Under the pieces are notes generated by a model. The model was not told where the DNA came from, made no database searches, and was given only the letters and a program-made list of their open reading frames with translations. The position numbers and the translations under genes were made by a program. Shown piece by piece: positions 28,950 to 41,453 of a stretch of 64,000 nucleotides of DNA. Position 1 is the first letter of the stretch, and the number at the start of each line of letters is the position of its first letter. Source of the DNA: Candidatus Uhrbacteria bacterium (GTDB lineage Bacteria; Patescibacteriota; Patescibacteriia; UBA9934; GWF2-40-263); contig JAERTI010000036.1 in assembly GCA_016844925.1 (NCBI GenBank), positions 79,863 through 143,862 of the forward strand. The letters are read 5' to 3'.

Positions 28950-29018
28950 ACGTCTGCATTATGCCCGGCGGGGCGTCTATGGGCAAACAAAAATCCACCC
29001 CGTCAAGGGATGGATTTT

Positions 29019-29105
29019 TGGTAGGCGAGGTGGGACTCGAACCCACACGGGTTTTACCCCAAAGGTGTTTAAGACCTCAGCGTCTACCAGTTCCGCCACT
29101 CGCCC
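29019..29105 (-). tRNA. tRNA-Leu(TAA)
   Basis: GGGCGAG...CT-TAA-AC, long variable arm, CCA. Confidence 0.95.
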
Positions 29106-29235
29106 ATGGGCCTGAGGGTAGCAGAGAATTGCTTAAGAGCCAAGGGATTGGATTGACAAAAGTCTTATTTTTTGCATTCTTTTCGTCCGCAGAAGCGGTG
29201 CTGTCATGGAGACGGCAATCTGGGAGGAATTCGAT

Positions 29236-29898
29236 ATGGGCATGTCCAAGAGTGTGTGGGGTCGCGATGGCGGAACTCACGCCATGAGTCAGAGGTTCTT
29301 CAACGTCATGCTGTGCTTCTGGACGGCTGTCGGCATCGCTTCGAGCGCCGTCGCCGCGAGTGTCAGTCTGACCTGGACCCTGGGATGGGGTCTGCTGCTG
29401 GGCACCTTCGCGATCGCCGTGATCGGCATCTTGATCGCGCTGCGCAGCGACGAGCCGATCATCAGCCTGCTCGGCTACGCCATGGTCACCATCCCCTTCG
29501 GGCTGATGCTCGGACCGCTGGTGGGAGCAACGGCAACCGCCGTGGTCATCAAGGCGTTCTTCATCACCACCGCGATGGTGGTGGTGCTCGGCGTGATGGG
29601 GGCCCTGATCCCCAAGAGCCTCGAGAGCTGGGCCCCGTACCTGTTCGGTGGGCTCTGCCTGCTCATCCTCGGCCTGCTGTTTGTTCCTCTCGCGGCCGCC
29701 TTCGGTCTGCCGGTGGAGGGAGCGCTGACCTGGATGGACTGGGCCGGCATCGTGCTGTTCGGCTTCTACGTCATCTTCGATCTCAACCGCGCCCAGCGCG
29801 TACAGCGGACGCACGACAACGCCATCGACTGCGCTCTGGCGGTCTACCTGGACTTCGTGAACATCTTCATCCGAGTCCTGGCACTGAGCGACGACTAG
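29236..29898 (+). CDS. Bax inhibitor-1/YccA family membrane protein (GC-rich)
   Basis: 7 TM segments, F.FYVIFD, A...ALAVYLDFVNIF; GGAGGA SD; TTGACA at 29153. Confidence 0.88.
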   Translation: MGMSKSVWGRDGGTHAMSQRFFNVMLCFWTAVGIASSAVAASVSLTWTLGWGLLLGTFAIAVIGILIALRSDEPIISLLGYAMVTIPFGLMLGPLVGATATAVVIKAFFITTAMVVVLGVMGALIPKSLESWAPYLFGGLCLLILGLLFVPLAAAFGLPVEGALTWMDWAGIVLFGFYVIFDLNRAQRVQRTHDNAIDCALAVYLDFVNIFIRVLALSDD

Positions 29899-30638
29899 TC
29901 CCGCGCAAGACGCGCGCGGCGACGCACAGCCTTGAGCTGTGCTTTTTTCTTTGCGGGGATTTTTTCTGTGGCGTAGGAGAAGGTGATGGCACTGAGGTCT
30001 GTGAGGTGTTGTTCAATGAATGCGAGTGTTTCTTCTGGCCAGAGTTTGTACGCTTCGCGCAATTGCCAACCCACACCCTTGCGGATGTAGTCGTCCGTAT
30101 CCAGGATGAGAGGTTCGATGAGTTTGAGGACGGACTTGAGCGGTGGTGGTGTTCGGTTCTTGCTTGCGTAGTAGATCGTTGAGACAACAGATGCACGGCG
30201 CTTCCACGGAGCTTTCGATTTGTTCCATGTAAACAAGGTGGGCTCGACGAGCTTGGGGTACTTTTCGTACATAATCGAGTAGAGCAGACACAGAGCATCT
30301 GCATGCTCCCAGTTTTCAATGCGATCAACCCAGCCTTTCATGACCTTCCAGATCTTTGGATCAAGATTTGCTTTGTGTCGACGGTAATAAAAGAGAGGGA
30401 GGTACATGGCCTCATGGATATCGGTTGTCCGCCAGATGGTGTCCCAGGCAGCAAGGATGTCTTCCGTCGACTCATTATAAAAAGAGAATCCCTTGCTTTC
30501 GATCTCTTTCATGAGGGGGAGGCGGTGTCCGAGCACGATAAGCCCCGTCGTTTTTTCTCGGAAGGCCTTGTAGTCAGGGTCGTCTATCACGGTAGCTTTC
30601 AGAGCGCGCTCGACTTCGTTCAAATAATTGGTGTTCAT
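29895..30638 (-). CDS. DNA alkylation repair (AlkD-like HEAT) protein
   Basis: W.D.IENWEHAD, W.RR, D.D.YIRKGVGW.LRE. Confidence 0.85.
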   Translation of the reverse strand: MNTNYLNEVERALKATVIDDPDYKAFREKTTGLIVLGHRLPLMKEIESKGFSFYNESTEDILAAWDTIWRTTDIHEAMYLPLFYYRRHKANLDPKIWKVMKGWVDRIENWEHADALCLLYSIMYEKYPKLVEPTLFTWNKSKAPWKRRASVVSTIYYASKNRTPPPLKSVLKLIEPLILDTDDYIRKGVGWQLREAYKLWPEETLAFIEQHLTDLSAITFSYATEKIPAKKKAQLKAVRRRARLARD

Positions 30639-30695
30639 ACGCCCTTGAGTATAGCAACAAAATAAAAGAACCCAGCTTGCGCTGAGTTCTTTTAC

Positions 30696-30771
30696 TGGAG
30701 CGGTAGACCAGATTCGAACTGGCGACCTCTTCCTTGGCAAGGAAGCGCTCTACCAACTGAGCTACTACCGC
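30696..30771 (-). tRNA. tRNA-Gly(GCC)
   Basis: GCGGTAG...TT-GCC-AA...TTCGAATC...CCA, 76 nt. Confidence 0.96.
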
Positions 30772-30858
30772 ATTCCATTGCGGTCAGGAGTGTATCAATT
30801 GCGCTTTTCTTTGACAAGAGATGCTACACTGAAGGCATTATTCCTAACAAAGAGTTGT

Positions 30859-31260
30859 ATGGAAATTGAGATTAATTACATTGCCGTGTTGGTGGCTGGT
30901 GTTGCCAATATGGTCCTAGGGGCTATTTGGTACGGTCCATTGTTTGGTAAGCAGTGGATGAGTCTTTCAGGGATGACAAAGGAGAAGATTGAGAAGGCAA
31001 AACCCAACATGAACAAGTTGTACGCCGCAGGGTTTCTCGTCTCACTAGTGATGGCCTATGTGCTTGCGTGGTTCGTGGGAGTGGCAGAATCTATGGATGC
31101 GGCACTCATGACGGGGTTCTGGATCTGGCTTGGGTTCATTGCGACGGTGACGGCAGGGAACGTCTTATGGAAAGGAGAGCCACGTCAGCTTTGGTTGTTG
31201 GATAACGGATATCGACTTTTGGCATTACTTGTCATGTCGGCCATCATATTTAGCATGTAG
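30859..31260 (+). CDS. DUF1761-like membrane protein
   Basis: INY.AVLVA...LGAIWYGPLFGKQWM, W.GF. Confidence 0.8.
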   Translation: MEIEINYIAVLVAGVANMVLGAIWYGPLFGKQWMSLSGMTKEKIEKAKPNMNKLYAAGFLVSLVMAYVLAWFVGVAESMDAALMTGFWIWLGFIATVTAGNVLWKGEPRQLWLLDNGYRLLALLVMSAIIFSM

Positions 31261-31271
31261 TCGCTTCATGC

Positions 31272-31296
31272 AAACACCCGGCTTGGCCGGGTGTTT
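31272..31296. terminator. Intrinsic terminator
   Basis: AAACACCCGGC-TTG-GCCGGGTGTTT. Confidence 0.75.
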
Positions 31297-31300
31297 TTGT

Positions 31301-31642
31301 TTAACAAGATTCAAGAGTGCAGAGTCGGTCTTCGTGATTATCGACGCGTTCCAGGATACGGCGCCGTTGCCTGGTGGCCGCAGCAAACTCTTGGTTCATG
31401 GTGATTTCGACGCGAGGAACTCGGTCGGCATTTTCTGTGGCTCGATGATTGAGTTCTGAGATGGCTTGAGCGTTTCGGTCGATGCGTTTATTCGTATCGC
31501 CAAAGCCCAGTTTTGTGATCAAGATAAGGTCTTGGATTTGTTGTTCGGTAGATTCGAATTTTTGATCAATTGATTCAAACCGAGAATCCAGAATAGTTGC
31601 CATCTCTTCTATGAATTCTTTTTTGAATGTTTCATTCGTCAT
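31301..31642 (-). CDS. Small coiled-coil hypothetical protein
   Basis: LDSRFESIDQKFES heptads; TATAAT 10 nt upstream of ATG. Confidence 0.65.
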   Translation of the reverse strand: MTNETFKKEFIEEMATILDSRFESIDQKFESTEQQIQDLILITKLGFGDTNKRIDRNAQAISELNHRATENADRVPRVEITMNQEFAAATRQRRRILERVDNHEDRLCTLESC

Positions 31643-31716
31643 AACTATGTCAATTATATTAGGGGAGATGGGGCTCGGTAGCCTGTTACCGAGCCCAATG
31701 ACATCAACCGTGCATA

Positions 31717-31938
31717 TTATAAGTGGCTTACAACACGCTCTGATTGATTCTTGCGTGCTTGAGCAAATGCCCATCCAGCTCCTGCGCGATTCCCCGTTTT
31801 GTATTGCTCTCGCGCGATGGTGACCACAAAGTTTCTGAAGGCGTTTCGTTGTGTTTCATCGAGTCCAAACTGCTCGGCAAGCATGTTGATTTTATCTTGA
31901 AGAGCTTGGAACCAATTGTTCTTTTTTTCTTCTGACAT
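31717..31938 (-). CDS. Small hypothetical protein
   Basis: 73-aa ORF downstream of the lamin-tail gene; plausible helical protein. Confidence 0.55.
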   Translation of the reverse strand: MSEEKKNNWFQALQDKINMLAEQFGLDETQRNAFRNFVVTIAREQYKTGNRAGAGWAFAQARKNQSERVVSHL

Positions 31939-32069
31939 ATTGTTGTGTGATTAATTCTGTGACGTATTCTCCCAAGAGCGTACTGACGGCCTCGGATACC
32001 CCATAGGCATAGGCTTGTCGCTCTACGCAGCGTCTCACGTCCGCCACGGTTAGGCGTGCTCGGGACATA

Positions 32070-34943
32070 CTAAGCCGCCGCACGCTCCCGTCGTCTTGGG
32101 AGTTTGCGCATGAGTGCTAGCGCAGCGAGCAGGGTGGCAACAACAAGAACAATGGTCATTCCCATGCGGGACTGCTGCTGATTAAGAAGGGCCTTGCCAT
32201 CTTGTGAAGTGCTAGCAAAGGCGACCGCCGCAGATTCTTCGATATGGATATCGGTCTCTGCTCGAGGGCGCAGACGTAGCTCTCCGTTGTAGCTCGTGAG
32301 AATGCCGGTAACCGTGAGTAGGTCTCCTCGTTCGAATTGGTTTGCATCGATAAGCGGATCGGATTTGAGGTAGATGGTCACGCGGTCCGGACCATCTTCA
32401 AGAACAAGCTTTGTTGAACTACGAGAGAGAATCTGTCCGCTTGTCTTGATGAGGAGACCTACAAGGGCCTCGTCGAACGCTTTGGCATCGTGCTGTGCTG
32501 GCATGGCTTGTGTGAGGTCACCTGTTGGGACGATATCTGTCGCATTGGTCACCTTCACACGCCGCTCTCCATAGGCGGTGCTCATGACACCTTCGATGCG
32601 TACTCGTGTATTCGTGTCGAGTTCTGGAAAGGTGGCGGCGTAGAAATATACTTGAACGCCGGCGCTCTCATCCTGGAGGTACATCACCTGGCGCCCGAAT
32701 GTTCCAGGGCTTGCGGTGACATAGCCTTCGACGCGTACACGTGTGTCATCAGGTTGAACTTTGGCCTGTTCAATGGAGAAGAAACTAACGTAGCTGGCTG
32801 CGGAAATGGATTGCGTGTTTGAGCTGGTGTTGGTCGTGGAAGAAGTTGTGCTGGAGCTCGTTGTCGTGCCTTGGGTCGATGCTACTTCTTTTGTTGTAAC
32901 AGCCTCATTTGTTTCGACGGCACTCTTCTTTGTTGAAGTATCTGTCGTCGACCAGCTCCAGTACGCGCCATCTCTATCGTATGTTCCCCCTCGAGGGGCA
33001 CTGCCATAGGTCACCATGTCGATCACATCGCCCTCTGGTGTAATCAGCTCCAGTGTGTCGCCGCTGTTGTTTAGAGAAAGATCGCTCTGCGGGCGATCCA
33101 CGCGGAGGGTGCTTCCTCCAGCAATCTTGAGAGAGCTGGAGAAGGTGTATCGGTCTGTAGAACCATCTTCGATGCTCCAGCCCTTGAGATCGATGCTCTC
33201 AAGGCCAGTGTTTGCAATTTCAATATATTCCTCCTGTGCGTCTGCTCCTGATGTGTTTGGGTAAAGCGAAGTGAATTCAAGGGTGACGGCGCCGGAGTAG
33301 GTAGTTTCATCTATTTCTGAGCCCTCTTGTTCTGGCGTAGATTCCTCATCTGAGGAATCTGGCGCCGTGTCTGTGTACTCTGTTGAGCTCGTGTAAGTCT
33401 CCTCTTCCTCGACAACCTCTTCTTGAGAAGTTTCCGCTTCATTTGCATCGATGGGCTCCTCGGGTTCGTCCTCCACGACTTCCGATTCTGTCTCAGCGCT
33501 CGTCTCACTTGCATCTGAGATGACATTTGGTCCGCCGGGCGTAGTGGTGTTGGTGAGAGTGAAGGAACCGCCGCTGTCACGCGCGAGACTGTCACCATCT
33601 TTTGGTGCGGGAAGATCTTCGCCCCCGTAGGTGATTGAGTCGATGACGGTTCTGGCTGCGTCGAGAAGTAAAATGGTGTCGGTATCGTTGTTGAGCTTTC
33701 CCCTCGGCCCCTCAACGACGATGTAGCTTCCGCTGGCAACAACGACAGGCTCAAGCTCGGTGGCTCGACCTGTGGCATCTTCAACCGTCCAGCCGGTGGT
33801 ATCGATGCTTTCGGTGGCGCGGTTCACAATCTCGATCCACTCTTCTCCCTCGTTTGGATCAACAACGAACTCGTTGATTTGCATAACACCAGGAGCGTAA
33901 GCGATGGTCGTGGTGGGTACATCTTCCTCGGGTTCGGAAGATGTCTCAGATGGTGTGTTCTCCTTTGAAGATTCATCTTGCAGATGCTCGTTTGATCCCT
34001 CGAGGGATTCAGTTTCATTTGCTTCTGCCTCCTCGGAAACCTCTTGAGGGTCGTTATTTTTCTCTGATGTTGTTTCTGGGTCAGTAACAGATTCCTCTTC
34101 GATAATTTCTTGTGTCTCCTCTATTTCGGCAGGCACAGAAGATGTTTCGCCAGAATTTTCAGTGTCCTCAGGAAGTGATTCTTCTGTATCTTGCGGAGTC
34201 TCTTCCGTTGCCTCTTGAGTTTCGTTGCCTGAAATTTCTTCTTCGAGCGCTTCTTCTGTTTCCCCCTCAAGGACCTCTTCCTCGTTTATTTCTTCAGATT
34301 CCTTTTCTGTCTCTGGAATAAACCATTCCTCGACGGCACCTGGTGTGCCCATGTCCTCAATATTCTGTTTAAAACCTGAGGCTGTCTGGGCATCGCTCCA
34401 AGCGGCTTCATCTGATCCGCTCAGCGTTTCATCGACTCGAGCCATGGATCGGTATCGTCCGTCATCAGTATCCGCAGCGCTGCCAGATCTTCCGGCGAAA
34501 GCTGATCCATCTCCTCCTGCCACATCGATGAGGGAACCGTCATGGTCATAGAGAGTTGCACGGAATCCGTCATTTGGCAGTGACAGGGTGGCGGTGATGA
34601 AGTTGGGTTCGACGCTGAGGGCCGAGTTGTCGTGGGAAGAATCATAGTTGGCGATAAGAAAGGTTGAGTAAGGTTCGATGACGGTGTCATCAGGCACGAC
34701 AAGGTCTTTCCCCGAACTGCCGGCTCCCGTGATAGTCCAGTTGGATAGATCGATGGGTGTGTCGGTCAGGTTTGTAAGCTCGATCCATTCATCAGAACTT
34801 GATTGACTCGAACCAGCCCAGGCAATCTCAGAAAAGATGACGGTGGGTGTTTGTGCGAAGGTCTTAATCGGTACAGCGACAAGCGATGCAAGAACGATCA
34901 TGGCAATCCACACTTTGTTGAATAGCAACATACGTTGGGTCAT
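32070..34943 (-). CDS. Surface protein with lamin-tail domains, acidic linkers, OB-fold-like C-terminal domains and TM anchor
   Basis: Three EWIEL/EYIEI.N....IDL..W.I.D repeats; Y.QDESAG OB-like segment; signal peptide and C-terminal TM. Confidence 0.85.
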   Translation of the reverse strand: MTQRMLLFNKVWIAMIVLASLVAVPIKTFAQTPTVIFSEIAWAGSSQSSSDEWIELTNLTDTPIDLSNWTITGAGSSGKDLVVPDDTVIEPYSTFLIANYDSSHDNSALSVEPNFITATLSLPNDGFRATLYDHDGSLIDVAGGDGSAFAGRSGSAADTDDGRYRSMARVDETLSGSDEAAWSDAQTASGFKQNIEDMGTPGAVEEWFIPETEKESEEINEEEVLEGETEEALEEEISGNETQEATEETPQDTEESLPEDTENSGETSSVPAEIEETQEIIEEESVTDPETTSEKNNDPQEVSEEAEANETESLEGSNEHLQDESSKENTPSETSSEPEEDVPTTTIAYAPGVMQINEFVVDPNEGEEWIEIVNRATESIDTTGWTVEDATGRATELEPVVVASGSYIVVEGPRGKLNNDTDTILLLDAARTVIDSITYGGEDLPAPKDGDSLARDSGGSFTLTNTTTPGGPNVISDASETSAETESEVVEDEPEEPIDANEAETSQEEVVEEEETYTSSTEYTDTAPDSSDEESTPEQEGSEIDETTYSGAVTLEFTSLYPNTSGADAQEEYIEIANTGLESIDLKGWSIEDGSTDRYTFSSSLKIAGGSTLRVDRPQSDLSLNNSGDTLELITPEGDVIDMVTYGSAPRGGTYDRDGAYWSWSTTDTSTKKSAVETNEAVTTKEVASTQGTTTSSSTTSSTTNTSSNTQSISAASYVSFFSIEQAKVQPDDTRVRVEGYVTASPGTFGRQVMYLQDESAGVQVYFYAATFPELDTNTRVRIEGVMSTAYGERRVKVTNATDIVPTGDLTQAMPAQHDAKAFDEALVGLLIKTSGQILSRSSTKLVLEDGPDRVTIYLKSDPLIDANQFERGDLLTVTGILTSYNGELRLRPRAETDIHIEESAAVAFASTSQDGKALLNQQQSRMGMTIVLVVATLLAALALMRKLPRRRERAAA

Positions 34944-35091
34944 AAATTGTAAGGAGCCGTTGCAACGACGGAAGAAAAAAAGATCCCCCTTAGAGCGATA
35001 CCTGGAGTGGCATCGTACGTAAGGGGGATCTTAATTCTTGTACATTCATGACATCACGATTTTGGGCCCGTGTCAATGGATTGTATGTGGA

Positions 35092-35670
35092 TTACTCGTC
35101 GTTCATTACCTGTTCTACTGGGCTTGTCGTTGCATCTGCATCTATTTCAGACATGTCTTGACCTTGCATGTTCATCGACAATTCTGTGACAGTGATTTTT
35201 TGACTTGCTCCAATAGGCTTTCCATTTTGAACGAGCTCAAAATGATTGTTTGTCGAAAGTGTTACCTCAACGTCATGTTCACCAGGTTGGAGTTTTCCTA
35301 GGTGATACCAATTGCCATACACCCGGTTGATTTTTTTACCGTCGAGGTAGATGTGGGCGTGGCCTTGTCCTTCAACGTGTTCCGCGCCGGCCTGATCTGG
35401 GGCAAGGACAAAGTTTTCGAAGGTCATATGCGCGTTCCACGCTTTATCAGGTCCTTGAATAACTTCAAGGGTGACGGTGGGCAACGGTTGCTCATTGGAA
35501 ACTTCAATCGTCTCGTGAATATGTGAAGTGGATTTCGTTCCTTTTTCATCGAGCGTTGGTTTAGTTGGTGCCCCAGACGGGATAGCGATTCCGGTCCCAA
35601 GACCAATAACCAGCGTTAGAAGGCTTGTGAGCAGGACATGTGAGAGAGTAAGTGGAGCGCGTTTCTTCAT
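35092..35670 (-). CDS. Exported His-rich hypothetical protein, possibly metal-binding
   Basis: N-terminal TM; GQGHAHIYLDGKK..R.YG.WYHL. Confidence 0.65.
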   Translation of the reverse strand: MKKRAPLTLSHVLLTSLLTLVIGLGTGIAIPSGAPTKPTLDEKGTKSTSHIHETIEVSNEQPLPTVTLEVIQGPDKAWNAHMTFENFVLAPDQAGAEHVEGQGHAHIYLDGKKINRVYGNWYHLGKLQPGEHDVEVTLSTNNHFELVQNGKPIGASQKITVTELSMNMQGQDMSEIDADATTSPVEQVMNDE

Positions 35671-35693
35671 ACGGCAACTTGTTCAAAAAAGTT

Positions 35694-35778
35694 TGGTGGG
35701 CGAGGAGGGACTCGAACCCTCACGCCTTGCGGCACTAGCTCCTAAGGCTAGCGTGTCTACCAATTCCACCACCCGCCC
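35694..35778 (-). tRNA. tRNA-Leu(TAG)
   Basis: GGGCGGG...CT-TAG-GA, long variable arm, CCA. Confidence 0.95.
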
Positions 35779-35857
35779 ATCAATCTTTTTCGAAGTAACT
35801 AAGCGCCACGATCATACTCGACAAAAGCCGTCTCATCAAGTATCGTCGCGTTAACTT

Positions 35858-36466
35858 ATGAGAGTCATACTCGTACACGGTTTCAACGCCAATCCACAAC
35901 AGAACTTTCACCCCTGGCTCGCGCAACAGCTTCGCGATAAGGGATTTGAGGTGGTGACACCAGAGCTTCCACTTTCAACCAAGGACGAGCTGGACCTTCC
36001 GCAGATTGTTGAGCGAATGAAGGACCAGGTCGGCTTTTTGAAATCGGATGACATCATTCTTGGGCATTCACTCGGGGCGTTTATCATCCTACAGTATCTG
36101 GAAGCGGTTGAAATGACCGAGACACCGCGTGCTGTTATTTTGGTCGGAGCACCGTGGAAAGTTTCAAAGCCGGAATTACGTCGTTTGTTTATCGCTGATT
36201 TGGACGCTGAAGTTCTCATGTGGAAGGCGCGTGAATACGTTGTCATTCATTCCCGTGATGATAAGCTTGTGCCATTCTCCCATGGAGAACTCATGGCAAA
36301 ACAGCTGAAGGCTCGCCTTGTGGCATCAGAAAATGATGGTCACTTTATGAATGAGGAGTACCCCGTGCTGCTCGAGACGATTCAGAAGATCGCCGATACA
36401 CCGTTTGAATATGAGCCAGGCATGAGCCTTGAGGATGATTATAAGGATATTGAAACACTTCTATGA
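35858..36466 (+). CDS. RBBP9/YdeN family alpha/beta hydrolase
   Basis: VHGF, GHSLG, S.DD..VP, GHF. Confidence 0.88.
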   Translation: MRVILVHGFNANPQQNFHPWLAQQLRDKGFEVVTPELPLSTKDELDLPQIVERMKDQVGFLKSDDIILGHSLGAFIILQYLEAVEMTETPRAVILVGAPWKVSKPELRRLFIADLDAEVLMWKAREYVVIHSRDDKLVPFSHGELMAKQLKARLVASENDGHFMNEEYPVLLETIQKIADTPFEYEPGMSLEDDYKDIETLL

Positions 36467-37074
36467 AGAAGCATTACGTCTTTGATTTTGATGGGACACT
36501 GTTTGATGTGCAGTCACTTTGGGAGTGTTGGCTTGATGAGCTTGAGGCTTGTCAGATCGATAGGGAGGATGCTCGTGATCGTGGGAGTCAGTTATTTGAA
36601 ACAGGATTTACTCCACGTGAACATGCGGAGCAGATGGGTATAGAAGGAGCGGAGCTTGATGAGCTTATTGGTCGTTTTGAGGAGTATACCCAAGCCGAGG
36701 CCCTTACCATGCTCTATGATGACGTTGTGCCTTTTCTTCAAGAACAAAAAGCAGATTTTACCGTTTTAACGTTTGGGGATCATGAGTATCAGCATTTTAA
36801 ATTGGAGGCCGCTGGACTTGATGAGCACATTCAAGATATTCGTATCGCTCGACCAGAGCGTCGCAAACATGTTCAGTTAAAGGAGTTGTGTGCCGCAACA
36901 GACGCAGAAGTGATATTTATCGATGACAATCCCAGGGAACTTTCTGCCGCTCTGGGTGAAGACCTTCCTATTACACTTGTGCGGATGATGCGTGCTGGCT
37001 CCAAGCATGGGGACACACATCCAAATGATGGCGAGCATTGGCAGACCATTACCTCTCTTACTGAGATTGAATAA
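36463..37074 (+). CDS. HAD family hydrolase
   Basis: FDFDGTLFD, FIDDNP. Confidence 0.85.
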   Translation: MKKHYVFDFDGTLFDVQSLWECWLDELEACQIDREDARDRGSQLFETGFTPREHAEQMGIEGAELDELIGRFEEYTQAEALTMLYDDVVPFLQEQKADFTVLTFGDHEYQHFKLEAAGLDEHIQDIRIARPERRKHVQLKELCAATDAEVIFIDDNPRELSAALGEDLPITLVRMMRAGSKHGDTHPNDGEHWQTITSLTEIE

Positions 37075-37092
37075 ACGCCCGAAAGGGCGTTT
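37073..37092. terminator. Bidirectional terminator
   Basis: AAACGCCC-GAAA-GGGCGTTT. Confidence 0.8.
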
Positions 37093-37565
37093 TAGTAATG
37101 GTACGTTTTTCCTGCAAGGATGGTGCTTGCTCGGTAGAGTTGTTCCAGAAGCATGACGGAGACATATTCATGGGGGAAGGTCATGGGTGAGAGGGAGAGG
37201 GTGTGATCCGCTTCGTTCATGAGGGTGCGATCGATACCTAGGGCGCTTCCGATAACAAAAGTTAGGTGTCGTTGACCGTGCTCGCTCCATTTGGTGAGTG
37301 ACTCAGAGAATTCGACTGAGGAAGTCGTTTTGCCATGTTCAGATAGAATGATCTTTAGAGAGGCTTTATTCCACGCAGATCTGATTTGCTTAGCCTCTTC
37401 TAGAAAAACCCGCTCTCGATCGGCGGTGTTTTTGAATCGAACAGGTTTCAATTCTTTTATTTCAAACTTTGCAAACAGTCCGATGCGCTTCAAAAGTTCC
37501 TTTTCTATCGATTGAAGCCCAGGCTCCTTAATGGACCCCATTCGGATGATGGTAATTGATAGCAT
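37092..37565 (-). CDS. rlmH: 23S rRNA m3-pseudouridine1915 methyltransferase
   Basis: FVIGS..G, LSLS.MTFPH, LLEQLYRA...L.G..YH. Confidence 0.94.
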   Translation of the reverse strand: MLSITIIRMGSIKEPGLQSIEKELLKRIGLFAKFEIKELKPVRFKNTADRERVFLEEAKQIRSAWNKASLKIILSEHGKTTSSVEFSESLTKWSEHGQRHLTFVIGSALGIDRTLMNEADHTLSLSPMTFPHEYVSVMLLEQLYRASTILAGKTYHY

Positions 37566-37634
37566 ATTTTTTTAGCCTAACAGAGGCATTTTTTTTTGCC
37601 CACAGGATCTGTGGACTCCTTGTGGGAACATCTC

Positions 37635-37663
37635 TTGACAGGTATTCAGGTCTCGACTACACT
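37635..37663 (+). promoter_or_regulatory. Promoter of the 23S-5S unit
   Basis: TTGACA-17 nt-TACACT. Confidence 0.75.
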
Positions 37664-37931
37664 TCCCCTGTCATTTGTGGATATTCACTTCCTTTTTTGT
37701 CCCGAGGATCGCTGAGATTGATTTCTTGAGGGATGGAGGAAAGGAACCGGATAGAACACAGGTTGAACAGATGACCACAATCGAACCAGAGCGATCCCTG
37801 AAGTATTTTGGATCGTTGCTGCTGTAGCGATTTTTAAAATGATCATTACAACTGAATAGGGTAGAAGAGAAACAAACACTTCTGATGGCGTTCATCACTG
37901 TACGCCGTTAGATATCATCTAACACAGAAGT

Positions 37932-41058
<3,127 letters not shown>

Positions 41059-41132
41059 ACTTCTGCGTTTGATTGAGTCTGATCAAACCAGTTTCTCTTC
41101 TACAATAAAACAACGAAAGAAAGAATCTTTTG

Positions 41133-41242
41133 TCTTGGTGCTCCTTCCAGAGAGGTCACACCCGTTCCCATCCCGAACACGGTAGTTAAGCTCTCTAGGG
41201 CCGATGGTAGTGCGTTCGCGCGAGAGTAGGTAGGCGCCAGGA
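41133..41242 (+). rRNA. rrf: 5S rRNA
   Basis: CACCCGTTCCCATCCCGAACACGG..GTTAAG, GCCGATGGTAG, GAGAGTAGG. Confidence 0.95.
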
Positions 41243-41453
41243 CAAAGGATTTTTTTGTTACAATTGTTTTTGTATGATCAATAAAAAACAAGATTGTTTT
41301 CTTTGTAAGATTTTCCTCTGGGCATTTATTTTTGCCCTCGGAGCTGTTGTGGGGGCTGTTGGAACGGTTTTGATAATAGGTGGATTTTGATCACGGCCAG
41401 ATCCACATGTCAACGTTGCTTTTTTCAGCACCGTTGATACGATACTTCACGCT

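Noticed and set aside
31892-32068. 58-aa ORF directly after the lamin-tail gene
   Set aside because: Overlaps the next ORF by 47 nt and has no motif. It cannot be supported without homologs.
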